Below, in pieces: positions 50,490 through 63,915 of a stretch of DNA of 64,000 nucleotides (positions within the stretch are counted from its first letter, which is position 1; the number at the start of each line of letters is the position of its first letter). The position numbers and the translations under genes are program-made. The notes beneath the pieces are model-generated. The model saw only the letters and a program-made list of their open reading frames with translations. It was not told the DNA's origin and ran no database searches. This DNA comes from Vicugna vicugna (lineage: Eukaryota), in assembly GCA_013265495.1 (NCBI GenBank), contig MU058824.1:3003111-3067110 (forward strand), in the 5' to 3' direction.

Positions 50490-51310
50490 TTTTTAAAAAG
50501 ATCTTAAGATTTATCATCTTAACCAATTTTAAGTATATAGTTCAATAAAGTTTAAATGTATTTAGATTGGTATAAAACAGATCTCCAGAAATTTTTCATC
50601 TGGCAGGATTGAAACTATACCCATTAAACAGTAAGTCTGTTTCCACCTCCCCTAGCCCTTGGTAACCATCATTCTACTTTCTGTGTCTGTGAATTTGACT
50701 GCTTTAAGTACCTCATATAAGTGGAATTGCACAGTATCTGTCCTGCTGTGACTTGCTTATTTCACTTGTCCTCAAGGTTCATCCATGTTGTAGCATGTGA
50801 TAAGATTTCCTTCCTTTTTAAGGTCACATAATATTCCATTGTATGTATATACTCTGTTTTGTTTATCTATTCATTCATTAGCGGACACTTGGGTTGCTTC
50901 CACCTTTTGGCTATTTGTGAATAGTTCTGCTGTGAACATGGATGTGCAGGTATCTCTGGGGATCCTGCATTCAGTTCTTTTGGTTATATACCTAGAAATG
51001 GGATTGATGGATCATATGGTAGTTCTATTTTTCATTTTTGAAGACTCGCCATACTGTTATCCATAATGGTTGCACTGTTTAGCATCCCTACCAACACTTG
51101 TTATTTTCTGGGCTTTTTAAATGGTAGCTGTCCCAGTGGGTATGAGGTGATACCTCATTGTGGCTTTGATTTGCATTTCTGTGATAATAAGTGATGTTGA
51201 CCATCTTTTTACATGCCTGTTGGCATTTTGTATATCTGCTTTGGATAAATGTCTGTTTGAGGCCTTTACTCATTTTTAAATCAAGTTACTTAATGTTTTT
51301 GTTGTTGTAC
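50490..51310 (-). mobile_element. L1 3' end fragment (L1MA/MB-like)
   Basis: cctagcccttggtaaccatcattctactttctgtgtc...gtgatacctcattgtggctttgatttgcatttc. Confidence 0.85.
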
Positions 51311-52190
51311 TTAAATGTAGTTTCTTACTGTTGAGGAATAAGATCAATTTAAAAATATTTAGCCTGATATGTCTAAAATATAATAAAAAAATTACCATGT
51401 ATTCCCCAAATAAAGGTACTTTCTTGGCCTATTTCTAGGATGTGGGAATTGTTCTGGATGATCTGACTAGATCCTTTTGGGGAAAGTCATACTTAGATGA
51501 CTGGCAGTTTAGAAAGCAGATGTAGTCTAGGGGTAGGACATTGCTCTCGTTCCACTCAGTGGGCTAAGCTTATGTATTTAGGCTCAAATCTTTTTCAGCA
51601 TGGTCTGGTACAGCCACCCTTTGTCTCAGGGCACCCTCCCAAAGTCATTGCCATCTGTAGTGTGACAGCAAGAGCATGAACTCTGAAATCAGACTTCATT
51701 TCAAGATGCCAGCCCCACCAGTTACTAACTGTACCTTGGGCAAAGGAGAGTATGGGTTTTTTTCATTTGTAAAACTGGGAAAATAATGTTTATGTTATGG
51801 AGTTGTTTTGAGAATGAAGTATGTGAAAATATAATGTGTAGTACATACCTGCGGGCCTTCCTCGACCCTGTCCTCCCAGCCTCCACCTGCCAGAGTGCAG
51901 GCTTAGTGTCCCTTCCTATGTGCCCACAGTGCGTATTTATCACAGATGGTATTACACTGTGAGGTGATTGTTTGCCTTGGCAGCGTCTTCTGTTAGATTG
52001 CAGTTCCTCATTTTTGACTCTCTAGCACTTAGCAGAGGGCCTAGTTCAGAGGAGACACTAAGAGTTAGTGAACAGAATGATGGAATGCATGTCTTGCTAT
52101 TTTATTTCTCGTGGAAGGACTTTGAATCTGTTTCAGAAGGATAATAGCATATACCATTATGTAATTGTAGGCATTACGTATGAACTAGTG

Positions 52191-52633
52191 CAGTGGTTCT
52201 CAAATTGTTTGGTTTCAGGACTGCTTCCTTTACACTTAAAGTTTTTTGTGGGCCCCAAGAGCCTTTATTTGTATGGATTAATATGCATGGTCTTAGAAAT
52301 TAAAATAAGAGTTTTAAATATTTATTAATTTACTTTAAAATAACAATGATAAACCCATTACATGTTAACATAACAATTTCATGCAAAGTATTTTCCAAAA
52401 AAAAATTAATGAGAAGTGTGTTTTACATTTTTGTAAGTCTCTTTAATGTCTAGCTTAAAAGATAAGTGAAGTCTCATATGTGCTTCTGCACTTGGTCTGT
52501 TGTGATAAATTGTTTTGGTTGAAGTATATGCAGAAAATCCAGCCTCACATAGGTATGTAGCTGGAGAAGAAGGGACCTCCTAGATCCCTGAAAGGGCCTC
52601 AGGGACCTTAAAAATACTTTTAAGAACTATTGC
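52191..52633. mobile_element. hAT-Charlie-type non-autonomous DNA transposon just upstream of the SLC25A51 coding exon
   Basis: Terminal inverted repeats cagtggttctcaaa and tttaagaactattg. Confidence 0.65.
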
Positions 52634-52794
52634 TCTAACCTAAAAGGGAAAATGCAGTAAAGTCCAGAAATTGGAGAAAGGATTAGGAGGAAGTTTCATG
52701 TGTTTAGTACAGTATATAGAGGTTTACTTATTGTCATTTTATCATTTGTAGGTTAAAAAAACATCCTTCATGAAGAAGAAAGATCTTAAGCAAC

Positions 52795-53688
52795 ATGATG
52801 GATTCAGAAGCTCATGAAAAGAGGCCGCCCATCCTAGCATCTTCAAAACAAGATATATCACCTCATATTGCCAATGTTAGTGAAGTGAAGCATTACTTGT
52901 GTGGCTGCTGTGCAGCTTTCAACAATGTAGCCATCACGTTTCCCATTCAGAAGGTCCTCTTTAGGCAACAGCTGTATGGCATCAAAACCCGGGATGCCGT
53001 ACTTCAGTTGAGGAGAGATGGATTTCGAAACTTGTATCGCGGAATCCTTCCCCCATTAATGCAGAAGACAACCACACTGGCACTTATGTTTGGTCTTTAT
53101 GAGGACTTATCTTGCCTTCTCCGTAAGCATGTCAGTACCCCAGAGTTTGCAACCCGTAGCATGGCAGCAGCACTCGCAGGGACAACAGAAGCGATCTTCA
53201 CTCCATTGGAAAGAGTTCAGACATTGCTTCAAGACCACAAGCATCATGACAAATTTACAAACACTTACCAGGCTTTCAAGGCACTGAAATGCCATGGAAT
53301 TAGAGAGTATTATCGAGGCTTGGTGCCCATTCTTTTCCGTAACGGATTCAGCAATGTCCTTTTTTTTGGCCTTCGAGGTCCCATCAAGGAGCACCTGCCC
53401 ACGGCGACGACTCACAGTGCTCATTTGGTCAATGATTTTATCTGCGGAGGCCTTTTGGGTGCCATGTTGGGAATCTTGTTTTTTCCAGTTAATGTTGTAA
53501 AAACTCGCATGCAGTCTCAGATTGGTGGGGAATTTCAGTCTTTCCCCAAGGTTTTCCAAAAAATCTGGCTCGAAAGGGACAGGAAATTGACAAATCTTTT
53601 CAGAGGTGCCCATCTGAATTACCATCGGTCCCTCATCTCTTGGGGCATAATTAATGCGACTTATGAATTCCTGTTAAAGATTATATGA
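52795..53688 (+). CDS. SLC25A51: Mitochondrial NAD+ carrier SLC25A51 (MCART1), 297 aa, whole CDS in one exon
   Basis: [15 protein letters not shown]...YEFLLKII with three carrier repeats ([33 protein letters not shown]). Acceptor tttgtag ends at 52751. Adjacent to SHB as expected. Confidence 0.97.
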   Translation: MMDSEAHEKRPPILASSKQDISPHIANVSEVKHYLCGCCAAFNNVAITFPIQKVLFRQQLYGIKTRDAVLQLRRDGFRNLYRGILPPLMQKTTTLALMFGLYEDLSCLLRKHVSTPEFATRSMAAALAGTTEAIFTPLERVQTLLQDHKHHDKFTNTYQAFKALKCHGIREYYRGLVPILFRNGFSNVLFFGLRGPIKEHLPTATTHSAHLVNDFICGGLLGAMLGILFFPVNVVKTRMQSQIGGEFQSFPKVFQKIWLERDRKLTNLFRGAHLNYHRSLISWGIINATYEFLLKII

Positions 53689-56600
53689 AAGAAATTAGTT
53701 GAGTGCCATTTATCAACTGAATAGACCTAAAAAGAATGCAGTTTGGCATCGTTCCTAATTGGCCAAGTACAAGTTGGTGTCATAAGTTTAGGGCACAATG
53801 AATTATGGGCAAAGCTGTTTTCCTTAAGCACCAACAAATGCAGAATAAAAGATTTCAGTAGGAAATTCTAAGGGTTTTTTTGGGTTTGTTTGTATTTTTA
53901 AAAAATCATTATCTGAGAACTTTAGGCTAATTGCCAGGTTAATAGCTGTCTAGTTGATGGCTTTTGACAAGGAAACTAACAGACAAGATATGATTCTTTT
54001 TTCCAAAAGTCTTCTGTGTCTAAACATAAGTGGCCATGACCAGCCAGAGAAAAGACTCTTAAGAGTCCCATGAATTCTCAGGCTTACTTCTATTACTCCA
54101 TTTCTTGCTTCTCTGCTCTTAGGAGGAGTTGCAAAGGCAGTTTTTGTTAACTTAAGCATATCCGTGGTAGGACAGAGGGGCAGAAGAGAGATGAAAAACA
54201 GATGATTATTTGTAGGCTTTTCATGATAAGTTGTGTTTGTTTTGAAACTAAGCACCTGTTGGGATGGTCATTATCCAAGCAACTAATGAAATCTCCCAAA
54301 TGGAGAGGTTTTGCTTTCTAGGGTTGAAAGTTTTTCTCTGTAGTTCTAAATGTGACCATGAACCTTTCGAAAATATTTTTATGTTAATTTCTCTCATTGC
54401 ATTGCCAAAAGATGACGGGACTTAAATTTTGTTAATGGTGTTTCATCCCACTAGGAAGTTTCGTGTTACAGGTATCTCCCACTTTTCCAGTTTCCTTTAT
54501 GCCACTTCACTTTTACAAAAGACCTATATCAGTACCTGTCTTCACTAACTGAAAGAAATCCAAACAGGATTTTTGCTTTTACGAAAAAAGGTAATTGCTT
54601 CTCACTCTACCCCATTTCGGCTTATGAAAGGTTCCACAGGAATATGTGGGAAACCTGTAATTGCATACAGGTCCAACTCTGTTTAGCTCTGTGTCTTTGA
54701 ATTATTGTTGCCAACTTAGTTAAGAGCTTTGGAGTTGGGGTTTTTTTTTTTTCCTTTGAGTAATAGTTTGTCCTATTCAAATGTCCTGTTTGCGTGAAAT
54801 TCCCTTGAGAAAAAAACAACAAAAATGCTGCTATAAAGTTTTATTTTGGAAGTCTCTTAATAGGATCTCAGTTTTTTTGGTTTCTAAATGTTACTTGGAA
54901 GGGAAAAAAGATCTCAGGATAGCTTTCACCCCACAGTGTTAGCTTTTTTAATGAATTTTATTCATGGGAATAGAGACTTCTATTAGGATTTTTACATTTT
55001 GGAAACCCAGTTTTAACCATTTCATCATTTAAACAATAAAACAGTTTGGGGGGATAAGACCTAAATAAAAATAATCGGAAGGGTTAGCTTGAAATTCTGG
55101 AAATTGGTAATAATTGGATAGCATACCTGTCCCTCACCTAACAGACAAGAACTTACTTGTCAAAGGAATCAGATTTTAAAATAATTTTTTCCAGATAAGT
55201 AAGGCAGAATGACTCCTACACCAATTGAATAACTAATATATGACATCCTAGAAAAGTGGTTTATCAATCTTTAAGTAATCCACATCTGTATATACTATGT
55301 AGTTAAACTTGTGTCCCAGCATCTGACACGGCAGAGCACGTAGGTTTCTTAATACCAGTCTTTCAGCGTTCTGGGTAATTGCATGTGAATACGTGCACAT
55401 GCTGACCAAAACAAAACCAGGGTCTCAATTGGTGGTTTACTCAGTTTCTGGACAGACAGTCCAAAAAAATGTTTACCTCTCAATGCAGGGTGGCTGGTCG
55501 GATGGCACGAGTGTCCTTCCAGCTGCAGAGGATTCGGAGGCGCGGACGAGCGTTTGCCAGGCGGTAATGAGGCGCAGTAGCTTTACAGCGGTTCTCTTTG
55601 ACAGCGTTGTGCTGGGAATGGCAGTTTGTTCTGGAAACCAAGGTGCAGATGTCAGGATTTGAGAAAACAATTTGACACCAAATAACTGTGAGTAGCATCC
55701 TTTGGCCTATTGAATAGAGTCAGAACTTGAAGCGGTTTGAGTTTCAGAAATGAGTGGCAAAGGCCCTGCACTGCCTGACCCCTTGTTGCCGTGTATGTCC
55801 CCGAGCACCTTAGCCTGGGGTCGTGCCTGGCCCTGGGAGTGGACTCTGCGGGCCTTCAGATCCACGGGGCTTCCTTTTGTCTGTACACTCCATGTAGGTG
55901 TTAGAAATCTTAAGTTCTAAAGCACTTTTGTGAAATACAAGTGAAGTGAGAATTCGAAGGAGGGTGCTTTGCTTTCTGCTGTCTCAAACATGTGGCATTT
56001 AAAAACAATAAATATTTTTAATGATTTTAACTCATAATATTTTGGGATTTTTTTTGTCACTTTTTATAGCTTTTGAAGACCAAACTGCAAATGCATTACC
56101 AGGGATGGTTTTGTGTTGTCCTGTGGATTTCTTAGTTTGACAGAAAACTCAGCAGAACTTACAGTAGCCAACAGCTTTGTCTGAACTCTGAAATAAGTAA
56201 AAATGTGTTATTAGTAAGAGATTCTAACTATTGCTTTTACCTTCATTGTGAACTAGTGTGGTAGTAATTTTGAAAAGACAAACATTATTGAATAACTTTA
56301 TCTGGAAAGCTTTAAAAGTGGCCTTTCTGTTACATACGTGGTACTGACGGCTCATGAGTGCAGAGCACTTCTTTCTGGTCTTGCCTCCACTACTTCAGGT
56401 CTGATGCCACCAGAAATCTGTTATGGATTCTACATTTAACATACTTAGAGTGGTACAAACCCCCAGGACTGCACCACAGAGTAAACACAACCTCCATATG
56501 GTGGCAAATGTGTGTGTCTTTGTTTCGTTTGTGGTTGAAGACAAAGTTGATGTTTTTATCTCAGTAGTTGATATTCATCTTACTTTATGGTTCTTTATAT

Positions 56601-57230
56601 AATCACCTGCTGTATATTGTGAACTGTGCAATAAGTCAGAATTGTATATGTAATCATCTTTGGAGACCTGAAATCCCCTGCTTGAGTACAGTGGTAATAC
56701 TCAGTTATAAGGCTGCAAACGTGTAAGGGAGTGATAACGGGTGGTGCTAGTGGGCCTCATGGTGGGCCGGTCTTGTTGACCAGCACTGGGTCATTGTGGG
56801 TGAAGTACTGCTGTCAAAGGGGGTGCAGTCAGGATGGAGCTGAGATGGGAGATCACATTTAAAGAAAGTGTAAGCACTCAGACTTGATCTCTCTTAAAAT
56901 ATCTTTGTTTTCTCACATGTTTATAAATACATATCAAAGACTTGAACAGGCGTTCTAAAATTTGAGGATTTTTAGTTTTTAATGCTGTCTTTTTGCCTGA
57001 TACTGAATATTTGCTTGCCTGAATGGCTCCCAAATTGTGGGGAGTCTCTACATGTTTCCTTTTTTAAAGTTTCATTATTAGAAGTGGTTAAGCACACAAA
57101 GCTGTTTTTGTTTGATATTTTGAGTTTATTGTGACTGTATGAGTTTAAATGCCATCTGTTAAATGTTTTAGAATTAACATGCTTTTGGTAATTCTGTTTG
57201 GAATAAAGTTTTTTGTTTGTTTTTTTTTTT
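53689..57230 (+). other. SLC25A51: SLC25A51 3' UTR with several polyA signals
   Basis: AATAAA at 53844, 55035, 55064, 56007 and 57202. The last is followed by a U/GU-rich tract. Confidence 0.6.
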
Positions 57231-58279
57231 TAAGTGCATTCATGTTGGTCTTCTCTTGCCATTGGGTTAGGGTTACCAGCGCTTCCCTTTTTGTGGTAGA
57301 TTAGTCTGTTAGTCTTTTTGTTGATGGAACATTTAGCACACAACTTTGACTCTTAGTAACTTCACCTGATAAGTTTGTAGGCTGGAAAATTCTTCATTTA
57401 TCCATCTTGTTTGCTCAAGAGAAGTTCCAGATAAGTTAATTTTCTAGATAGCTGAACTGCAAAGCATTTTGTTTTGTTTTGTCTTTAAAGGTTTTGCTTA
57501 AATGTAATAATCTTCTCCCCACTGGGTGTAAACGGTCTTGGTAAATTCAGCTTTATCAGTACTTGCTGTTGTAACAGTGTGCCTTCAGCTCATGCCTTCC
57601 CCCAAGCTAAATGGTCTGGATGTTTGTGCTTTCTGAGTTTTTTTATATCTGTTTTTGACTTCATAGCTGTTCATTTCTGTTGGGAGACTGTGAAATCATA
57701 TTAGGAAACTGTTGGTTTACACATTAAATTGTAAGGTGCCCCTGACCTGGGATTGTTGAGGTTGCCTAATGAGGACCACCAGGTAAGGGAGCAGTTAACC
57801 ATACAATGCTTCTAAAGCACTCTAGTTTTAGAAGTATTTTAGAAATTCATTATAAAAGTGAGTATCCTGAACTCCAGAATTGATAAAAGGGGCATTTTAC
57901 ATATCATCTAATGAAATGTTGCTGTCTCCTTCCGTAGCAGTCTGTTCTCCTGGGAGTGAGGGGGCCATTGATGGGTAATTGACCGGGGTGGGGGAGCTGT
58001 ACTCAAGTCTCCAGACGCTGGTCCCAACTCAGTTGTGTCAGCATCTCGTTTCCAGAAGTGAGCTTTCTCTCCAGATAAGCATATCTGATTTTGAAGTAAA
58101 ATTGAGGCTAAAATAGAACTTATCCAAATTCTCATCTGCCTTCAATCCATTCTTCATGTTCCTGTGAGTAATTTTTTTGGGTTTTCAGATCGGCCCTGTC
58201 CCCCTTACTGTCATGTCCAGCTAGACCGCCCTGCCCAGCCACTGCTGCCAGGACTCGAGTCCTCTAACCTCCCGCCTCA

Positions 58280-58600
58280 CCCCTGCCAGGTCCCGCCACT
58301 GAACAGCGCCTTCTCCCTGGCTCACTCGGTAACTCCTCCTGAGGCCTTCAGATCTCAGCTCAAATGTCACTTCCTCGGGGAAGCAGGCTCCACTTTCCAG
58401 GCCAAGTCAGGTTCCCCTCTTAGATACTCCTGTGCTGTTTTCACAGCACTTGCCTATCTTAATTATAGGTAATCATAAGTATTTGATGCTTTTTGCCCTT
58501 TCAAATGTTAGCTCCATAAAATGGGACTCTGCTCTCCTTTTCACAGTTTCAGGTGCCTGGCACAGTGCCTGACACCTGTAGATGTCTGATAAATGTCTTT
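58280..58600 (+). mobile_element. L2 3' end
   Basis: ccttcagatctcagctcaaatgtcacttcctc...gcctggcacagtgcctgacac. Confidence 0.7.
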
Positions 58601-58709
58601 AAGAATCAAGAGTAAAGGGACACGTGGAAACTCAGGATCACAGCATTCTGGAGTCCCCTGTCTGACTCATCCCTGATGGGTCATGGAGGTTGTTTCAGAA
58701 AAAAATTTT

Positions 58710-58875
58710 AACACTGCTCAGGCCACCATAGATTAAATGTCTTGAACAACAGACATTTCTCACAGTTGCAGACACCAGGAAGTCCAAGATCCAGGTGCTG
58801 GCAGATCTGGGTCCTGGTGAGAGGCCTCTTGGCGTGCAGACTCCTCACTGTGTGTTCACGTGGCCGAGAGACAAC
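58710..58875. mobile_element. MLT1 (MaLR) LTR fragment
   Basis: aacaacagacatttctcacagtt...gaagtccaagatccaggtgctggcagat...ggtgagaggcctctt. Confidence 0.7.
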
Positions 58876-60359
58876 CTCCTGAGCTCATCTAAACCTGATC
58901 ACACAAACACTGAGCCCCTAACATATATGAGCCAGAAGGTGCAACTGTTCTTTCCTCTCCTCCTTTACTCAGAAATACCCGGCCGACTTGATACAGAAAG
59001 TCTCTACGTGAGTCAGGATTCGAATGTGTACAGGCACTCTATTTTTCTTACTCTTCCTCGCACTGTTTGTGAAATTGTGGAACTCAGCCAAAGAGCTGAC
59101 TGAGAAGGGCAAGGAGAAAGTGTTCCTTAAAATAAACAGTGTGTCGTTGACGGCTGCCTTGGTCCTGTTGTGCCACGAAGGCGGTGACTTGCTTTGTTTA
59201 GAGCAGACTGCCTCCGTAGTTGCTCTGCCTTTCACATCAGCATTTAGTCAGGTTCTCCGGTCAGTCAGCAGTTACTTGCTCCTGACAGAGAGCACAGCAG
59301 AGAGGGGAGTGCATGCAGTTCCACCGAGATGCTCTATGCCTTTTTGTTTCAGATGATAATAGGAAAGAGAAACTAATTTCTTTCAAGGGTCATCACATCT
59401 CTAGTAATAGGTGGCTCCTGGTGTATAGATTTCTCCTTTCCTTTTGGCAAAATGAAGCTTCAAAAAGCTTCCTTACCCCTCTTATACTTTGCTAGGCAAA
59501 GAGTGATTAAACAAATTTGGGAGTTTTCTTGAGTGTTGCACACCTCACTCCCCACTGAAAAAAACAGCCATAGAGTTTTGAAGACAGTAGGGAAAAGTGG
59601 GTATGTATGGGAACCAGTACTTTTCATTTATAATTTGTGTGTAAAATATGAAGATAACGAGTGAAGAAGTTAGGGGGTGAGGGCCTGAACTGGGAGATGT
59701 AGTTGGTGTGATAAGCCCTGAGAAAGCTCCGGTGAAGTCCGACAACGTTGAAAGCTTTGCTGTTGCAGTTTGACACCCTTCAAGGCTTCTGTCACTTGTG
59801 GTCCAGGAACAAAAAAGCATGTTGTTTTTATGTTTGGGAGCAATACTAAATATACCTAAGGTGATACCAACTCAAACTAGAGAAAAACAGGATCCCTTAT
59901 TTCTACTTGTGCCTTTTATAGTTTCTTCTTTATGCTGTTCAGCAGATTTACCTTATTACATCTGCTCAGTACTGTAAAACTGCCCTTTTAAGGGCAAATC
60001 ATTTTGAGTTAGAAGACTCTAGACTTGTGGATAATATAGAGCATCGGCTGCCCGAGACAAGTTCCAAAGTAGAACTTTAAATTTCCCTTGATTCCTGCTG
60101 GCTCTCAGGCTGGATTACGTCTCCAGTTGCATGGGATCACCGCCTCGGCCCCAGCTCTCTGGCCACTATGTGCTGTATGTGTGAACACCTTGAGGACAGG
60201 GACTGTCTTTCTGAGCTCTGTATCCACAGACTAGAGGTTCTCATAGTAAATATCTATTTAGTGAATGAATCATAGTCTGATCCCAGATGTCTTTACCACT
60301 GTTACTCTCCCTGTTTCAGAGACACTTTGAATTTCTTAGGAATTTATCTTTTAAAAATT

Positions 60360-60840
60360 ATCATGGGGAACACATAATGTGTGATTCCACTTATATGAAG
60401 TTCTAGAAGTGGCAAATCTACGGTGGAAAAAGAAAACAGTGGTTGCCTCTGGGAAGGAGCATGAAGGAACTTTCTGGGGTGATGGTAGTAATCTGTATCT
60501 TGTTCGGCATCTGGGTTACGTTTGCCTAACAGCAAACGTGCCATTAATATTTGTGCACTTTATTATATGGGACTTTTACAACAAAAGAGAAAATACTGAA
60601 CTTCAGTTAGTTAATGGTATGTATTGTTGAGGATTTTTAGAAGGATGGGTACAGATACCTGCAATTTATTCATCAAAATACATTGAAAATTAAGATGGAT
60701 TGATGGATAGAGTATTAGATAATGGATAAAACAAGCTTAGTAAAATGTTAATGGTAGAATCTTGGTAAATGGATGTTCCCTGTAAAATTCTTTCAACTTT
60801 GCTGTGTCTTTGAACATTTCATAATAAAATGTTAAGAAAA
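60360..60840 (+). mobile_element. Old L1 (L1MC/ME-like) 3' UTR fragment
   Basis: gattccacttatatgaagttctaga...cagtggttgcctctgggaagg...aaattctttcaactttgctg. Confidence 0.7.
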
Positions 60841-61892
60841 ATCATTAGGGTGTTTATCACAATATTTGGTGTCAGCAGTATTTGACTCAGTTTAGTTCTT
60901 TTAGTATGCTCGTTCTCAGAATGCCATTGAGCCTTAGGACGCTGCAGAAATGCCTGCCGCAGGGGAGGACAAGCCTAGGCATGTTATTCGCTTATCCTCC
61001 CCACTAGCCCTGATGGCCCAGTGATGTGGCAGCCACCTCCCTCTCCTTAAGCCCAGAATACCCCCCAGATTGTGACAGGGCTGGTGGGTAAAACAGAGGC
61101 TAATCAACTGAAGGGTTTTGTTTTTTGAGACTGCCTCAAAAGTGAGTGGTCTTCTCACCCCCTGAAGGGACCATGATTTTCCTGCCAGGACTCTGCAACT
61201 TTCATTAAAGGCCAGGAAATCCTTATTCATACATTTATTAAGTACACACACAAAAACCTCTTCAGGTAATAACTGCTTAAGAATAAATACAGTGTATTCA
61301 GAACAGATTCTATACTCTGTATTTAACTTTTACAAAGTAATACTTTCACAATGAAATTTGGATCCTTCATTTTATCCAGACAAAAATTAATCTTTTATAG
61401 TGACGGGCTTTTGCAAGTTAATGTAAACACTGTGGTCTCATATACCCATAATTTAAATGGCTTTCAACGGAGAGAGCTATTTCCCACCCCAAAAGGGATT
61501 AAAAGCTGTTCTGAGTGGCCTGTGCCCTGGTTGGCGCTTCTGTTCCCATTCTGGATTTGTCCACGAGTTGCAGGCTGTTTGGCGCTCACACCAGTGTTTC
61601 TGTAGCAGCTCCCCTTGTAGAGTTAGAAGATAAGCCACACAGTACCCGGTCTGTTCCTGAGAAGATAAGATGATCTTAGTGTAATTTACTGCTCAGTAAC
61701 TTAAATGCCATGTTAAAACGGGAGCCTCGGCTCTGGCTAAAGAAGGATGGCGCAGCTGGTGGGATGCATGGTGGTTCACCTGTCAACCTCCAAGGTTAAG
61801 ATGTTCTCTAAACTGGCTTCTTTGATCTACGCAGAGATCTGTGGAGCTGTCATCCATGAAAAATCTAACCCCTCATTACATTTTTCTATATC

Positions 61893-62070
61893 CCTAGTTC
61901 TCAAACTGTGGTCCCCAGACCTGCAGCATCAACTAAAAACTGGTTAGAAATGCAAAATGGGGGCTCCCACCCTAGACCTGTGAAATCAGCTCCGGATGTT
62001 AACCCAGCAGTCTCTGTTTTAACAAGCCCTCTGGGTGATTCTAGTGCCTGCTAGATCTTGCGCACCACTT
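61893..62070. mobile_element. MER5A-like hAT MITE
   Basis: gttctcaaactgtggtccccagacc...gttagaaatgcaaa...tgttttaacaagccctctgggtgattct. Confidence 0.75.
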
Positions 62071-62755
62071 TTCATGTCTTCTGCTAGAGAGAAGGGCCTG
62101 GGAGGAAAACTCATTGGACACAAATTTGTGTTGTTTTAACAATTAAGATAGGTAATTTGTTACATTAGTAATAGGAAACTAATATAAGTCATTAATTAAT
62201 CAGTATTAATGCATGGCAAATCATTTCCTTTTAAATAAAAAAAATTTTTTTAATAGCCCAAAATATGTCAGTTATATTTCAGGAATAACTGAAATAGTGA
62301 TAATTAGTGCTATGTTTGTTAAATTAGTTTATCTATATGATTAATTTCACAAAATAATCTGAATTGAAAGGAATTCACCCTATTTTCCACTTCGATGTCT
62401 CACCAAAAAAATTAGCATTCCAAGTATCATAGTCATTTTTCTAGTAAATTTAAAATAGTATGGCAAAATGAACCCTTAATCACACTGTTAAATAATACAA
62501 GAAAATGTCATTCTAGGGAACAATGTGAAAAATAGCATGTTCTAAATTTATCTAATGAGAACCAATCCCAGTGTACAGCTTGACAAACAAAAATTTATCA
62601 ACTTTTCTTCCTATTGGTATGAATAATTTTCACTCAATAAATAATTTATAAAACTCTACACACATAATTCATATTGAATAAACTTGCAAATGGCTAGAAC
62701 ATTAGTCAACAGATGTGAATGCTTCATATCTTAATAAATGTGTTTTCAGCGTAGA

Positions 62756-62851
62756 GGGGGAGAGTACAGCTCAGTGGTGGAGTGCGTGCTTAGCATGCAT
62801 GAGGTCCTGGGTTCAATCCCCAGTACCTCCATTAAGAAAAGAAAAAAAAAA
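62756..62851 (+). mobile_element. tRNA-derived SINE (camelid Vic-1-like)
   Basis: GGGGGAGAGTACAGCTCAGTGGTGGAGTGCGTGCTTAGCATGCATGAGGTCCTGGGTTCAATCCCCAGTACCTCC (A and B boxes) plus an A tail. TSD gtgttttcag at 62740-62749 and 62852-62861. Confidence 0.9.
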
Positions 62852-63734
62852 GTGTTTTCAGTGAAAAATACCGATTCTGTGTTTTCGAACAGCAGCCTCC
62901 ACAAAATGAAGTGTACATGTACCAGTGGAAGGACACAGTGATCCCTCAAAGTACAGGAGGTAATGTAGAAGTTTGATTTTTTAAAAATCTTATCCTTTAA
63001 ATTTTCCTTCTTTCTATATGTTTTATAATGTACACGATAGATCAGTATGATAATATGTATGTAATTTATAAATAATCAAAACTTGGAATGTATTCTCTAA
63101 TTTTTTCTGATAAGAGTTACGTGATCGAAAAAGTTTAGAGTATCACTAACAAGAATCACCAGGCCACTGCCTCTGTCACAGCGTTATGCTTTATTCTGGT
63201 CTAAAAATGAACACCAAGATGATTTAAACAAAAATTTTCAAACTACTACTAAATGCAAGTTTGCCATCAACCTTTTAAATAGGTTAACCACACTCAGAGT
63301 GTGTCAGATGTTTCAAAGTAGCATTTATTTTTTTAAAAGCACATTATGAGGTAAACTTATGCCAAAATACTCAGTGCATGTATTAATAAAAGGTTTATTA
63401 AAATCTTAAAGTTGTATGTAGGTGTATATGTAGATAAAATAAATTCACCTCCAATTCTGTCATCCATTTGAAAATCAAAACAACTCAGTTGAAAAAGTGA
63501 AGTCAATCACATGTTTAGAAAGCTTTTCTAATTCTGAAATGAGTAACATTTGATCTATTAAAAAATTTGCGGGAGGGAAGTAGTTTTGTTTTAGATTTTA
63601 GATTTTAGGAGTTATTTTACTAAATCATTCACTTTATGGCTAGTTTTCAGTGGATGTGAATATCTTTGCTAGGAAGTAGGTAAAAGATGACTATAATGCT
63701 TATTATTGTTTCCACCATGTCAAAATGATAATAT

Positions 63735-63915
63735 CCAAGCCGGATCAGCTACATCATTTGTGAGCCGAGTGCAGAATAAAAATGCGGGCCCCTTGTTCAG
63801 AAAATTAAGAATTTTAAGATGGCTTCAGCAAAGCATTAAACCAAGCACAGGACTTTTCTCAGAGCAAGGCCCTTATATGACTGCATAGGTCACACACCCA
63901 TGAAGCCAGCCCTGC
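63735..63915. mobile_element. MER45-like hAT-Tip100 MITE
   Basis: aaaaatgcgggccccttgttcagaaaatt...gcataggtcacacacccatgaagccagccctg. Confidence 0.7.

Noticed and set aside
53107..53625. 172-aa antisense ORF
   Set aside because: Shadow of the SLC25A51 CDS, with no independent coding signal.
52795..53688. Processed pseudogene or retrocopy (SLC25A52-like)
   Set aside because: Intact ORF, upstream splice acceptor and CpG-island exon, position next to SHB, and no poly(A) tail or TSD. This is the parental gene.
62756..62830. tRNA gene
   Set aside because: The A tail and TSD show it is a tRNA-derived SINE.
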